From contig JBITNC010000002.1 in the NCBI GenBank assembly GCA_050084985.1, positions 1,426,001 through 1,490,000 on the forward strand: 64,000 nucleotides of DNA, given 5' to 3'. Numbering within the stretch: the stretch's first letter is position 1; every line of letters begins with the position of its first letter. Of this stretch, positions 1 through 12,229 are shown in pieces. Made by a program: the position numbers and the translations under genes. The notes below the pieces were generated by a model. The model ran no database searches and was not told where the DNA came from. It worked only from the letters and a program-made list of their open reading frames with translations. This stretch comes from Nageia nagi. Taxonomy: Eukaryota > Plantae > Pinophyta.

Positions 1-457
1 AGGATTTAGACTAGATCTAAACAAATCCTCAAGGACCTAAGACTAGGAAACTCAATCATACACAAGATAACACAATCACACAAGATAACACAAGTGTAAT
101 GTGGTTCCTCCCTCCTTGGAAGTACATCCACAACTAGTATCTCAATTCTCAAGTATGCCCCTCTTACAACTATTCTCTTCCTCTCCTACACAACTAGTAG
201 AGTAATCTTATTCTAGAAACTTAGATATGTTACAAGAGGAGAGGCCCTCTATTTATAGCTTGAGAGCACCTCCCTAACCTCCCTTTAACCCAAGGGTAAG
301 GTTAGGGTTACAATAAATGTATCACCTAACTTTAACCTACCAACTAACCACTTTGGTAAAGTCAAAGTCTACATATTAAAGAATTCAATTAATCTCTTAA
401 GGTATCTACATACCCTTAAGTGATTAATTGAATTTACAAGGAGTTTAGATATTCACA
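1..457 (-). mobile_element. LTR (Copia/Tork-like), cut by the window edge, inserted into the aRH region of the Ogre/Tat element
   Basis: Ends ...ATATTCACA at 457 (TG start on the minus strand). Minus-strand CTATAAATAG box near 250. GTGGATGTAC..GAACCAC motif shared with the solo LTR at 46078-46580. The aRH reading frame breaks here. Confidence 0.7.
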
Positions 458-462
458 ATATT

Positions 463-2353
463 TCATTACAAATTCTAACAATAAGTACCTAGAATCTGAT
501 TGACAATTAATTGAGGGTCTCCATAAACAAGCAATCTTTCAAATTTTAGCTCAATAGTTTTCTTAAGTCCCAAGATCAATGCCTCATATTCTACATTATT
601 ATTGATACATGGAAAGTTAAGATTGAAAGAATACGGGATAGGAACCCCTTGGGGAGTGAAGAAGACAACTCCATCCCCTCCCCCTTGTTCACATATTGAC
701 CCGTAAAAATACATGGTAATGTCATACTCCTCTTGGGGATCTATTATCTCCTTGATCTCATTAATCTTGAACACATCCTCATCAGGGAGGGTGATCTCAA
801 GAGGTGTAATAGCCTGAATGGGTGCCTTCGCTAACTAATCCATTATGACCTAACCTTTGAGTGAATTTTGGTTAATAACATTAAGCTAAACTCTAAAAGA
901 AACATGATCCACTTAGTAGTGCATGTATTGTGATATGCCTTGCCCATCATATATTTCAAGGGGTTGACTCTAGAAATCACATAGGTTGTGTAATTTAACA
1001 TGTAATGCCTGAGTTTCTTAGCGGTAAAGATAAGGATGAGGCAAAAGTTCTCAATATAAGCATACCTAAGCTCATAATCTACAAGTGTGCGACTAAGGTA
1101 GTAGATGGTCTGCTCCTTTCCCTATTCTTTCTTTTGGGCTAACATGATTCCTAGTACAAAATCATTAAGTGAGAGATATAAATTAAGGGGGACATTATCC
1201 TTAGGAGGAACAAAGATTGGAGGATTAAGTAGATATTGCTTGATATCATTGAAAGCTTATTGATAACCCTCATTCCAATTGAAATACATCCCCTTTTTAA
1301 GGAGCTCATTAAATGGTCTTCACTTGTCTAAAAACTGAGTTATGAACCTCCTGATGGCCTAAATCTTACCCTAAAGGCTTCAGAGAGTATTGATATCATG
1401 AGGCAGAGGCATGCTAGTGATGGCAATTACTTGCTTAGGGTAATCCTATATACCTCTTTTAGAAATGATGAACCCTAAGAGTTTATTGGATGTGACACCA
1501 AAAATACATTTATTAGGATTTAATCTAACGTTGTGCTTAAGAAATCTCTCAAAGACTCTCTCTAGCACTTCCTAATGTTGATCTTTGGTTCTAAACTTGA
1601 CCAACAAACCATCTACATAGTCATCCATAATATCATGCATCATATCATGAAACACATAAGTCATAGCACACTGGTAGGTGCTCTGACATTCTTAAGTCCA
1701 AATGGCAAGACCTTATAACAATAATTCCCTCATGGTGTAGTGAATGCAATCTTGTGTTGATCCTAGGAAGCAACCCAAATTTGATTGCAGCTAGAGAAAC
1801 CATCCATGAATGACAACATCTCATATCTGACTACATTATTAACCAGAGTATCGATGTTCGGCAATGGGAAGTCATCCTTAGGGCAAGCTGCATTGAGATC
1901 TCTAAAATCTATACAAACCCTAATACGACCCTTAGGCTTGCTAATGGGAACCATGTCAAACACCCATTGGGGATAATCGATAGAACTAATGAACTTGGCA
2001 TCTAAGATCTTTTTAATCTAATCCTTAATCTGAAGTGATAGTGACAGATTGGCTCTCCTAAGTTTTTGCTTAACGAGCTTGGCATCTAGATGAGTGATAA
2101 TATTATGGACTACAACATTAGGGCCCATGCTAAGCATATCATGATAACTAAATACAAATACCTTAGTGTACCTTTTTAGTATTTTTGTGGTTTTATCCCT
2201 TTCCATTTCATCTAAAATATGCCCCAAATAGACTATCTTTGAATTTGTAGGGTCCTCACTGATATTTACTTCTACTAACTTTCCTATGTGCATGTGGGAT
2301 CCATCTTCTAATTGCTTAAATACGGGAATATATGCATAATAATCTTTTTCCAA
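463..2353 (-). pseudogene. Ogre/Tat pol remnant: RT, RNase H and additional archaeal-type RNase H (aRH)
   Basis: ORF fragments 475-774, 1763-1963 and 2018-2353 carry RT/aRH motifs separated by stops and frameshifts. Confidence 0.9.
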
Positions 2354-3559
2354 ATTGTTGATGAAGGAAGATAAGATTGATGATTTGGTTTCATCAAGGA
2401 AATCAAGAGAGAGAGACGCATCACTTGAAATAAGAGGCTTGACAAAGAAAAAGAGAAATTTGCAAACAAAGAACTGATAGAATTTTGCGCATTACAATCC
2501 AAATGAAGGACGAAAGGAGAAAAACCATCAAGGAAAACCATCAAAACATCAAAGGTGAGGTCATATGAAATATTGTGGAAGAAATTATTTGAGATGAAGC
2601 ACTTTGAAGCATGAGGACTAGATGGAAAAAAATACAAGTTAATATCATGCTCATCATCATGTGACACCTCCTCTTTTGGAAGATTAAGATGTGCAAATCA
2701 TTCTTCTAGAAGTTTAATCTTAGGTCCATAATACCCTACCATGTTTATCTCTATCAGATTGAAAAGGAATAGAAAAAGCATGAACTTGCCCTTGCTCAAA
2801 TTTTCCTAGGCCATATCCTTGTCATTTGTATTTAGCAAAGAGTCTATGCACTAGTTCAGGATATGATAGATATTCTATTTTAGCACAAAATTTCTCCTTG
2901 AGATGATGCTCGAGGGGAATGTACTAGGGTTAATCTATACCTGTGTAGACAAAGAAAGATTGGTTCGAACATGAACCCAGTGGGATCATAGAGCTTAGAG
3001 TAAGTGAGAATTCTTGAGGTCTCCTCAAGTATTTTATGGAGGGAATAAGAAAAAGAACATCATTTATACAATATTCCCCCTTTCTAAGACATTCATACTT
3101 AATAAGATTATATGGTGGTGAAATGACAAGTTTGAAAAGTTATTGGTTAGGAGGATCAGGACCAATCAAAGAGGAATAAGTCTCATCTTCATGCGATGAA
3201 TTAGACACAAGACATTATGAAGATAAATGAAATTGATCAAGGAGAGGCACTTGATGGTAATATGGTCGATCATTTCCATGGATGGGCACAGATAAGGTTT
3301 GATAGCTGGAAGAAGGTCATGTACAATCTTTAGGGGATTTACCATCACAATGCATAAAGGGAACCACATCTAATGGAGATGAAAAAGATGGCTATGATGA
3401 AGAAGCATATTGAATAGGCAAATGAGTCGAGGATGAAGGTTCTTATGAATATAGCAATACAAGGATTAGGATTATCATTCACAAGAATGATGACAATCAA
3501 AAGACACCCACATGGCATCTAAGAGGGCTCAAGAGAGAAAGTGAAGTTGCAACAACTAA

Positions 3560-3938
3560 AGGGATTTGAATCACCTATAATGCAATGGATCATTTCATTA
3601 TGCAAATATTTCAAACATATATGCAAAGTAGATGGAATTGACTCCATGTCCTCTATCCACAATCGACCCAAAAGCAAATTTTACTACATCTCACCTTCGA
3701 CCACATGACAAATAGTTGCTATTTCTCTGACTCCTACCTTCATTGAAAGAATTACTATGCCCATGGTTGTAGCTAGAGGTTTGCTGAAGTCCCTAATAGT
3801 AAGAGTATGAGCATTCAAATATCTTATGGGAACCTTAAGTCTCTCAAGTGCAATGGAGGATATAACATTGATTGCGGACCCATTGTCTACCAATACACTC
3901 TTCAATGGATGAAAATCCACATAACCTATGATGTATAA
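3560..3938 (-). pseudogene. Ogre/Tat aspartic protease remnant; its N-terminal part continues at 6137-6290 beyond the nested element
   Basis: LYIIGYVDFHPLKSVLVDNGSAINV; the LY codons (TTATA) are the insertion site of the 3939-6131 element. Confidence 0.85.
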
Positions 3939-4196
3939 TGTTATGAACCAAGCATAAAATCACAAGAGAAAGAGCTCAATGCCTTGAATAAGAGATAAAA
4001 ACAGTAATAATAAGCCACTTCAAGGGGGCAACCTCCTTTACATTACATCAAATACACAACAATAGACAATCCAAATGATAATACCTCCTTAGTATATATA
4101 GGAATCCAAGGGGTGCCACTACAATGAAAGAACACTAACCGATATAATAATAATAATGTAAGGGAATAAAAATAACCATAGTATAGGGATCTAACA
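3939..4196 (-). repeat. 3' LTR of the gag-chromodomain element
   Basis: TGTTATG...GATCTAACA; direct repeat of 5897-6131; adjacent PPT. Confidence 0.95.
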
Positions 4197-4225
4197 TGCC
4201 CCTCTCCTTCAAAAAATTGTTGTCC

Positions 4226-5578
4226 TCAATGTTTGAGTAGTTCTGGATGCTTCTGTAGAAAATTCTCATCTTCCCATGTGGAATCTTCAGCAGGTAGGTT
4301 CTTCCACTTAATGAGATACTTTGAAATTGATCGATTTCTTAACTTACGGATTCTTGATTTAGTGATTAGTTCTGGCTCTAATATAATTTTCCCTTCCTCA
4401 TCGAGTTTTGGAAGTGTAGTTTGAGGAGCAGTAATTCTAGCCAATGCATTACAAGATATGGTGGGAGTCTTTTCTTCAGTAGTAATCTCTTCTAATTCTT
4501 CGGGTGTGGATGATTTTTCTTCTTCTTCTTCTTTCTCTTCACATTCTATGTAGAATAATTTCTTCTCCCCACATTTATGTCCTTTACTATACTTGCTATC
4601 ACAATTGAAGCATAGACCCTTTGCTCGTCTTTCATCCATTTGTTGAGGTGTCAACCTTGTAGGTTTAGGTAAGTGAGAAGAAGGAACATTATTTTCTTTA
4701 TAGGTATTTGAGGGAAACCTTTCAGTAGCCATTGCCATATTTTTACTTTCAACCTTCCTTTCCATCCTAAAAGCCATCTCTAAGGATGTTGGTTCAAACA
4801 GACACACCTCATGTTGAATGTTATCCTTTAAGGTTCCCATAAAGAGATCCAACAATCTATCACCTGGTATGTCATTCACTGTAAGACTCAACTTTTGAAA
4901 TTGTTGAATGTGCTCCATCACTGAACCTTTTTGCCTTAGATTTATCAATTGAGTAAAGAAGGAATTATTCATAACATCCTCATGGTAGGCTATCAGTTCC
5001 TCAGTAAAAATGGACCAAGATATAATAGAACCCTTTTTACGTTCACAAAGCCATTGGTACCATACAACCTGCTCAGGCTCTAGATACAAGGATGCAATAG
5101 TTACTTTTTGTGATGTTGGTACTTGTTGTAGATCAAAAAAATGCTCCATTTGAAATATCCAAGTGATGGGGTCCCTTCCATCAAACTTCCTCATGTTGAT
5201 CTTGGGAAGTTGGATTCCCCTTGAGAACCATGCTTGATTACTTCCATTAGTAGAAGCATATCCTCCTTGAACAATATCATCATTTTCCTGATAACCTTGG
5301 GCCATATCAACATCTCTAGGAATCTTTCCCTTTGGGTTATGTATGAGTTGACAAATCTTTTCCATATCTTGATCCATATTAATCACCAACTCTTCAATTG
5401 ATCTTACCATCCCTTTTGTCAAATCCCCTTTTAATTCCTCCAAATCACCCTTTTTTACACACCCTTTAACAAATTCTTCCAATTGGGATATTTGGAAGGA
5501 TATGTATTCACTTTTTGCTATAGTCATGGATGAACCCTCTGGAGGTCTAGTTGGTGTAGCAATTTTTTTCGATGGCAT
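4226..5578 (-). CDS. 450-aa retrotransposon Gag (Retrotrans_gag plus zinc knuckle) fused in frame to a C-terminal chromodomain
   Basis: Uninterrupted ORF: KFDGRDPITWI, LINLRQKGSVMEHIQQF and GLCFNCDSKYSKGHKC (Gag), then LPKLDEEGKIILEPE...YLIKWKNLPAEDSTWE (chromodomain). Confidence 0.85.
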   Translation of the reverse strand: MPSKKIATPTRPPEGSSMTIAKSEYISFQISQLEEFVKGCVKKGDLEELKGDLTKGMVRSIEELVINMDQDMEKICQLIHNPKGKIPRDVDMAQGYQENDDIVQGGYASTNGSNQAWFSRGIQLPKINMRKFDGRDPITWIFQMEHFFDLQQVPTSQKVTIASLYLEPEQVVWYQWLCERKKGSIISWSIFTEELIAYHEDVMNNSFFTQLINLRQKGSVMEHIQQFQKLSLTVNDIPGDRLLDLFMGTLKDNIQHEVCLFEPTSLEMAFRMERKVESKNMAMATERFPSNTYKENNVPSSHLPKPTRLTPQQMDERRAKGLCFNCDSKYSKGHKCGEKKLFYIECEEKEEEEEKSSTPEELEEITTEEKTPTISCNALARITAPQTTLPKLDEEGKIILEPELITKSRIRKLRNRSISKYLIKWKNLPAEDSTWEDENFLQKHPELLKH

Positions 5579-5896
5579 TTTGACTGAGTATTACTTTTTA
5601 AACTATGATTTGGAGACTGTTCTGTTGTCTGGCCTTCCCACTGATGTAAATCTAAAATTTTGAACCTTTATAGTCTAAAATTTCTACTTATGGTAGCCTC
5701 AGATGTCTTCTTTTCAATGCCATAGGTTTCATCAAATTTTGATATTCTAAGAGGAATTGGATGTAACTTTCCCAAAATGTGCTAATTTTTGGATTTTTCA
5801 GAAGAGTGAACTTTGTACGAAGTGCCACATGTCACCTGTTTATTCCTAGACCTTGAAAATTGTACCAGATAAACTTCAATCTATATCCTAACCAAT

Positions 5897-6131
5897 ACAA
5901 GAGAAAGAGCTCAACGCCTTGAATAAGAGATAAAATCAGTAATAATAAGCCACTTAAAGGGGGCAAATTCCTTTACATTACATCAAATACACAACAATAG
6001 ACAATCCAAATGATAATACCTCCTTAGTATATATAGGAGTCCAAGGGGTGCCACTACAATGAAAGGACACTAGCCGACATAATAATAATAATGTAAGGAA
6101 ATAACAATAACCATAGTATAGGGATCTAACA
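5897..6131 (-). repeat. 5' LTR of the gag-chromodomain element; lacks about 23 bp of its inner end, no recognisable PBS
   Basis: Aligns to 3962-4196 with about 11 mismatches; no TGGTATCA-type PBS next to it. Confidence 0.9.
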
Positions 6132-6136
6132 TATAA

Positions 6137-8740
6137 AGTAGCATGCTTTGGCTTATCAGGTGGAGGATATTGAATCTCATCTTGAAGAAAGTAATCTTAA
6201 GTCTAGTAGCACTATGAACAACCCCTATAAAATCTCCAAAAGAATTAGGGTTATCACTGTCTAACTCCATGGCCTTTAAGATATTATTCAAAGCATTCCT
6301 ATGTTCTGGAGATTATTGCAATAAATCCCATAAGAAGAGCTTCATCTAAGTAATACTAAGTTGTTGCTCTAATTGAGTCTATATACTCACTGGTGCTCTA
6401 TCTAAGGTAAAGGTTGTTGAATTCTTGCCTCCTAGGGGGAGGAGGAGGTGCTCGATCATTACCTTTACCTGGTAATGTTCTAGTTTCCATACCAATCATG
6501 CTACTATCATGAACCTCTACAATCTGATATGATGGAGGTGGGTCCATGATACCTGTGAACTCATAGTCAAGAGTTATATCAATGCCTCCCATGAAGGGAA
6601 GATCTGACTCTATATTGTTGAAACCCACAAACTTATTATTTTACCTAGGGTTGTAATCATGGTTGATTTGTTGTGTTGCCTATAATGAGATATTGGTGAC
6701 ATTGATGTTATGCCTAGTGAATGGATCTTGAAAGACACCCAAATTTTTGTTAGGTTGGGCCACTAGATTTTTGGTTAATACTTACTCATTATCTATTAAC
6801 CTCTGAATAACATTCCTCAACTGATTACATTTGTTGGTATCATGTCCTTTATATTGAAGGTAAATGCAATACTTATTATCTTTGTACCATGTTGGTTTCT
6901 CCCAATAAGGATCCTTAGGCTTAATTTTGGGAAGATTTACCAACTGTGCCTCTAAGAATTTCTTCAAAACCTTATGGACATGCTTAGACAAAGGATTCCA
7001 AGGTTTATGTGGCCTTGTCTATTGAGGTCACCTAGGCCTATAAGCATCTTGTTGATTATTCTCATCTATATTCTACCTAGGTCTTTCTTGTTCCTGTCAT
7101 TGCAAAGGTGGATTGGCCATGGGTGGCTTTGGGGGAGCTAACTAAACTACTGGTTGTGTCTAAGGGACATCATGTGACACCTAATTACTTTATGGTTTTT
7201 GGTGTGAAGTACTAGGATTGTTGCCATTGTTACAATACTTAATATTACCATTCTGAACCTTGGCCTCTTATATCAACTTCACTTGAGATAAAGCCTCCTC
7301 ATACGTGTGATGTTGTTGAATCCTAAGTATAGAAGAGATATGCTTATTGCATCTTTAGGAGAAGAATTGGTAAATTATATGGCATATTAGTGACAATGGC
7401 CCTCTATATACATACATAATCTAAAATAGAATCATCATAAAATTGTGATAGCTTTCCCAAGTCCATGATAGATGCTCTCTTATATATGTTTATGGAAAAT
7501 TCATCAAGGAAATTATCGATAAATTTTTCAAAGGAGTAAACGCTATGTTGTGGAAGATTATTGTACCAGTCAACAGCTTGACCCCCAAGCATCATAGGAA
7601 AAGTCCTAAGAGTACATCATCATTAATAATGATATAGCAAGAGTACTTGAACTATTTGAGATACTCTCTAGGATCCTCTTTCCCTCTAAACTTATATATC
7701 TTTGAGATCTCAAATTTGTAAAGAAAGGTCTTTATTAGCACACTTGGATGGATGGGCTCATTGGAAATAGAAGTGTACAAAAACTTAATGTTTCATGATC
7801 CTTAACTCAGAGTTCCATGTCCTCCAACCTCTTTAAAATTTCACCATTGACATTAGGGATTGTTTAATAACAATAAGTTATTGCTTCGAAACCTAACTGA
7901 TGGGCTGATCATCATATTGCTCATAATGGGAATCATAATAAGGATCATGATCCTGCCCATATGATTAATCATACTATCATATATCAAAGGTCAATTTAGG
8001 TCAAATGTGTGGAAGATTTTGATTTGAAACCCCTCTAGTATGAGAGTCCTGCAACTCATGATGACTTTGAAATCAAGGTGGTCCAAGTGAAGAGGCTTGG
8101 GCTTGATTAGATGATTCATCATACCTAAGATCATAATGGGGCATGGGAGATCTAGGATGAGTATACATGCAAAAAAGATTTTTAGGATGATGAGTGTATA
8201 CTCATCATGAGGCACCACTATACGAGGAGGAGAAGAATAATGCAGTTGTAGTGGTGGGTTGGTCGGGTATGAGTAAGACCCATGCCCTACATGGACTCTA
8301 GGTGTAACATCAGGTCGCAAAATGGGACATAAGAATATGAGGCATAGTGGGACACATGGGATGAGAAATAACATGGCATAAAGGCTTAGATTCATGAAAA
8401 GGATAAGAGAAGGGTTGACTATGGGGCTGGGGTGTAAGATGTGAATCATCATAACACTATCTAGCCCAACTGTTAGGTGGAGATAGTGGCATCTTATAAA
8501 AAGTGAGAACACGTTGGTTCAAGACTAATAGGTTGGAATGATGGAGGTATAGGAGGAGGACCCTATGAGGACCTAAACATGGTTGGCTTAGAGTGAGGTG
8601 GGGGTAGATCATGTGATGCATTGACATGAGGAGGTGTCCTAGGATGCAACAAAGGTTCCTCACAATATGTTATCTCAAGTGCTTCATATACTATGTATCA
8701 AGTGGTTGGATGTAGTGAACGATACCTAGTGATAGGGGAC
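6137..8740 (-). pseudogene. Ogre/Tat gag remnant with a proline-rich N-terminal region
   Basis: Fragments MSPITRYRS, GQAVDWYNNLPQHSVYSFEKF and WYKDNKYCIYLQYKGHDTNKC. Confidence 0.8.
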
Positions 8741-10036
8741 ATAAGGACATCCTTTATATGTCCATCCTCTATCTCTTTCTCATGCTTAGGAATCCAAGAG
8801 TAGGTAACCTCAGTAATGGGAGTTAATTGTAGTGATGGTTCCCTACCAGGGGCATCTGATGGAAGAAAATGAGTCTCATGAAAATCCCTATACAATTTTT
8901 GGACAATGGGATTACTCATGAACATCTCGCATGGGGACATTTGTGGCTCTGTATGGTGAATGGGAAGATGAACTGAACTAGGTCTAAGATGAGGTATAGA
9001 GTGCTTGAACTCATGTTGTGGTATGTAAAAATGGTCAACCTATGAAGGATCTACTTGATGATGGGGTGCAAGTCACTCTGAAGAAATATGGCCCTCTAAC
9101 TGAGACAAACTAGCCCTACGAGGCATCACACAATCTTGAGAACATAGAATCTCTCTAATGTTTGACTAAAAGAGAGGCAAGGTGATGTATGGGTGGACTC
9201 ATGCTGGGTTGAATGCTAAGGGGTATGTGATTGAATGCAAGATACATGCAAATGTGAAAGAGGATTTGATTGATTTATTTGATTATTACGTTCTTCTTCC
9301 TTATGTGCTCTAGCTCTATGTTGACCCCTAGTTTCAACCATATGAATGTACCAAGGATTTTCTTCCTTGGTGGGTATACAAGACATGATGGTAAAGTAGG
9401 GTAAATTGATTTATTGAGCACTTTTAAACAAACTCTAAGGAGTACCAATATGAAAAATGAAATAATGCGAAAGCAATAAATCACTCAACAAGAAACCTAA
9501 AATTTTGTTAAAAGATCTCATTTAAGGTGTATGCATGTAATGTAACAAAGCCTAAATGATAACAGTCACTTCAAAAGATAAATCTAAATGATAGGAAGCA
9601 GTGGTGAAAGATAGCAATGGTGATTATATTTCTAATTACTTATTTGTTCAATTTGACACTTCATCTTTTTAGTGAGGGTTGATTTTAATAATGCACTTGT
9701 AAATTCTCGTAACTTTTTTATGTTTCCCTAAAGATGAGTCTATTCAAGTGTTAACAAGGTAAGGATCAATCTCTATAGGTGTGAATCATTTTACAAGGGT
9801 ACTCAGGTACCTCTAATGACACACATCATCAAAATAGGGTGGCTCCCACCTTGGTGATGAAATCCAGGTATGGGTTAATTTGTGGGGATGAATTCCGCAT
9901 GCCCTAAATACTCCCTAGGCTTGTGACAAAGTTTAATGCATTAAGAAAATATTATGTGCAACTCTAGAATGATATGCAATGCAATTACACCCCAAATAGT
10001 TATCTTTTCAAAACAAAATCAAGGCACTCCCACCCA

Positions 10037-10152
10037 AGTATGCTAAAAAAATAAATTTCTTTTATTTTCTTTTCAAATGGAAAATAATGTAAGTAGTATG
10101 CTAAAACAATAAATTGTTTTTATTTTCTTTTCAAATGGAAAATAATGTAAGT
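10037..10152. repeat. 58-bp tandem duplication in the Ogre 5' leader
   Basis: AGTATGCTAAAA...GGAAAATAATGTAAGT twice (10037-10094, 10095-10152). Confidence 0.9.
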
Positions 10153-11029
10153 ATAAAAATCTTTTATATACACCAAACAATCAGCAAAGAGATCCCAACA
10201 ACAATGAAACCCCTTTTGTTAAATTTTGAATTTTAAACATCGAAGTAGATTTTAATGTGTATGCAAAAATCCCCCCAATATACAATGCAAAATTCACTAA
10301 AGAGTGGAAATCCTAGATGAAAGGAGCAACCAAATTGTATGGACCAGGTGCTTAAAGAGATTCAAAGACTCACTCATTTGAGAATGTTCCTTCCTGCTCC
10401 AATTTTGGTGGATGAAATGAAGATTACAAGCTTTTGCCACAAAATCGTACACTATAGGGATGACTATAGTGGATGATTTTATGGTTACAATGGTAGTCAT
10501 TCGGATGATCAGGAATTGTCTAAATGACCATAATGCACTCAAAGATAAAATTTAAAATGAAAATTTAAGCTAAAACAAAAATCTTGTGACAAGGATGAAA
10601 CGATATGTCCTGTGATAAGGACACCCAAATTTACAAACCAAACCTGATAGGGGACTCTTGCCACTAATACAAAGGTGAATCTAGATGCAAAAAGCATAAA
10701 ATAAAACTCAAAATAAATTATAAATAGAATCGTCTTGCAATAGGATGAATATAGAGTCATTCAAAAGACCTTCAGGTCATCTCACAAAAGGGCGATTATA
10801 GTTAGAATCGACCTACATGTAGACAATTCTCTCTATAGTGATAATGGACCCTTGAGATTTTCAGATTAGGTTCTCTCCATGCATAGTAGGTTATCCTCCA
10901 AATTTCAATAAAAATCAACCATAGTAACTCTTCAAAATGAAGGAAATATCCACAAACTTAAGGCCACCAAAAATAAGTTAAAAGGCTTAGGGAATCCTCT
11001 TTTGTCTTAGGAGCCTAGGACCAATGGGG

Positions 11030-11046
11030 TCCCACTATGATCGCCA
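11030..11046 (-). promoter_or_regulatory. Primer-binding site complementary to the tRNA-Arg 3' end
   Basis: TGGCGATCATAGTGGGA on the minus strand, 2 nt from the LTR; differs from TGGCGACCACAGTGGGA by two C>T changes. Confidence 0.8.
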
Positions 11047-11048
11047 CT

Positions 11049-12229
11049 TGTAAATGGCTCAAAATCCCTGCACTTGAATCACTCAAACACCTATGAGTAA
11101 TTCCAAGAATCTTGAATCATTTGCATCTAATTTTCCTATGTTAATTACTAACAAATTTGCCAAAGATAGGGTTTAGCAATTATCCTTTATCCTTCAATGA
11201 TGCAATGTGACATCTAGACCTAAAAGGAAAATAAAATAAAAAAAAGATGGGAGACTTCAAATAACAAGTCCTTGAGACCTTGTGACCATTCAAGTGAGGT
11301 GAAACCCCAAATCAACAAGGTTGTAAGGCTCCTTTGTACACAATCAAGAGGATGATAGAAAAGATTAAAATGCCTATGATGTAAATATGATCTTGAGACA
11401 TAGACTAGGGACAAAGCTTGTGCAAAAAAATTGAACAATGCTAATTGACAATGATGTGATAATGCTCTGAAAAAGATTTATCAAAACCTATAAATGCATA
11501 AATATTTGCTTAAATGATCAAATATAACAATGATAACAATGGATGCAAGAAAATTAAATATAGATCTAATGTTAGCAATGCTCATATAACGATAAAGATC
11601 CTTCAAATTCTAAGGTTTAGACCTTAAAGGTCAAACCCTAGGTTAAAACCCTAAAGATACAAATGATCCTAAATGCACCTATATGCCAAACAATTGTGAA
11701 TATACAATTTAATAAAGGATACAATTCTTCAATGGAGATTATTTAAAGCTTTAAACCTGCAAATACCCATGAAATCAAAAATTGATAACATAAGCACATC
11801 AATTGACCAAAAGGTACCTCAATCCATGGAGCATGGAGAAGTAATCCCAAGGCTTGGAGATGGAGGCTCAAGTCTTGATGTAACCCTTTAAAAATTGATT
11901 TCATAGGTCTAGATGCACACAATAAAGCGCAAGTCACAGAGCTCATGAGAAGTTGTGCAAAGCAAGAAGAGTATTGAAAAGTGAGCCCATATTGGCTTTT
12001 ATAAACCTCAGGCAAGATCATCTAGATAATTGTGTGACCTGCAGGATCATCCAAGCGATTGGAACCAAAATGTTAGTAATAACTTAAAGGTCAAAATGAT
12101 GTCGACTGAGCAGGTTGAAAGTCCTACAAAAATACGTTAAGTAGACATGATAGTACAAGATATGCTAAATGCCATAAATGTTAATATAACCATGTCAACA
12201 ATGTAAAATGCAATTTTAGGGTGTTTACA
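11049..12229 (-). repeat. 5' LTR (about 1.18 kb) of the Ogre/Tat element
   Basis: Imperfect terminal inverted repeat TGTAAATGGCTCAAAAT ... ATTTTAGGGTGTTTACA; PBS adjacent; Copia integrase sequence begins right after 12229. Confidence 0.85.

Larger units (their letters stand above)
3939..6131 (-). mobile_element. Non-autonomous chromoviral (Reina-like) LTR element with gag-chromodomain fusion and no pol
   Basis: TG..CA termini; perfect 5-bp TSD TATAA (3934-3938 and 6132-6136); LTRs about 95% identical by manual count; PPT GAAGGAGAGGGGCA at 4197-4210 (minus strand). Confidence 0.95.
458..12229 (-). mobile_element. Decayed Ty3/Gypsy Ogre/Tat-type LTR retrotransposon (5' LTR-PBS-gag-PR-G-patch-RT-RH-aRH); 3' part lies outside the window
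   Basis: RT motifs (RVCIDFRDLNAACPKDDFPLPNID, SFMDGFS), aRH (NNNVEYEALILGL..VYGDPQLIVNQ), protease (LVDNGSAINV), gag (AVDWYNNLPQHSV; CxxxxxxGHDTNKC), tRNA-Arg PBS and TG..CA LTR. Confidence 0.9.

Noticed and set aside
4226-4380. Host chromodomain gene (HP1/LHP1-like)
   Set aside because: It lies between LTRs directly before the PPT, in the chromoviral integrase position, and is fused to Gag
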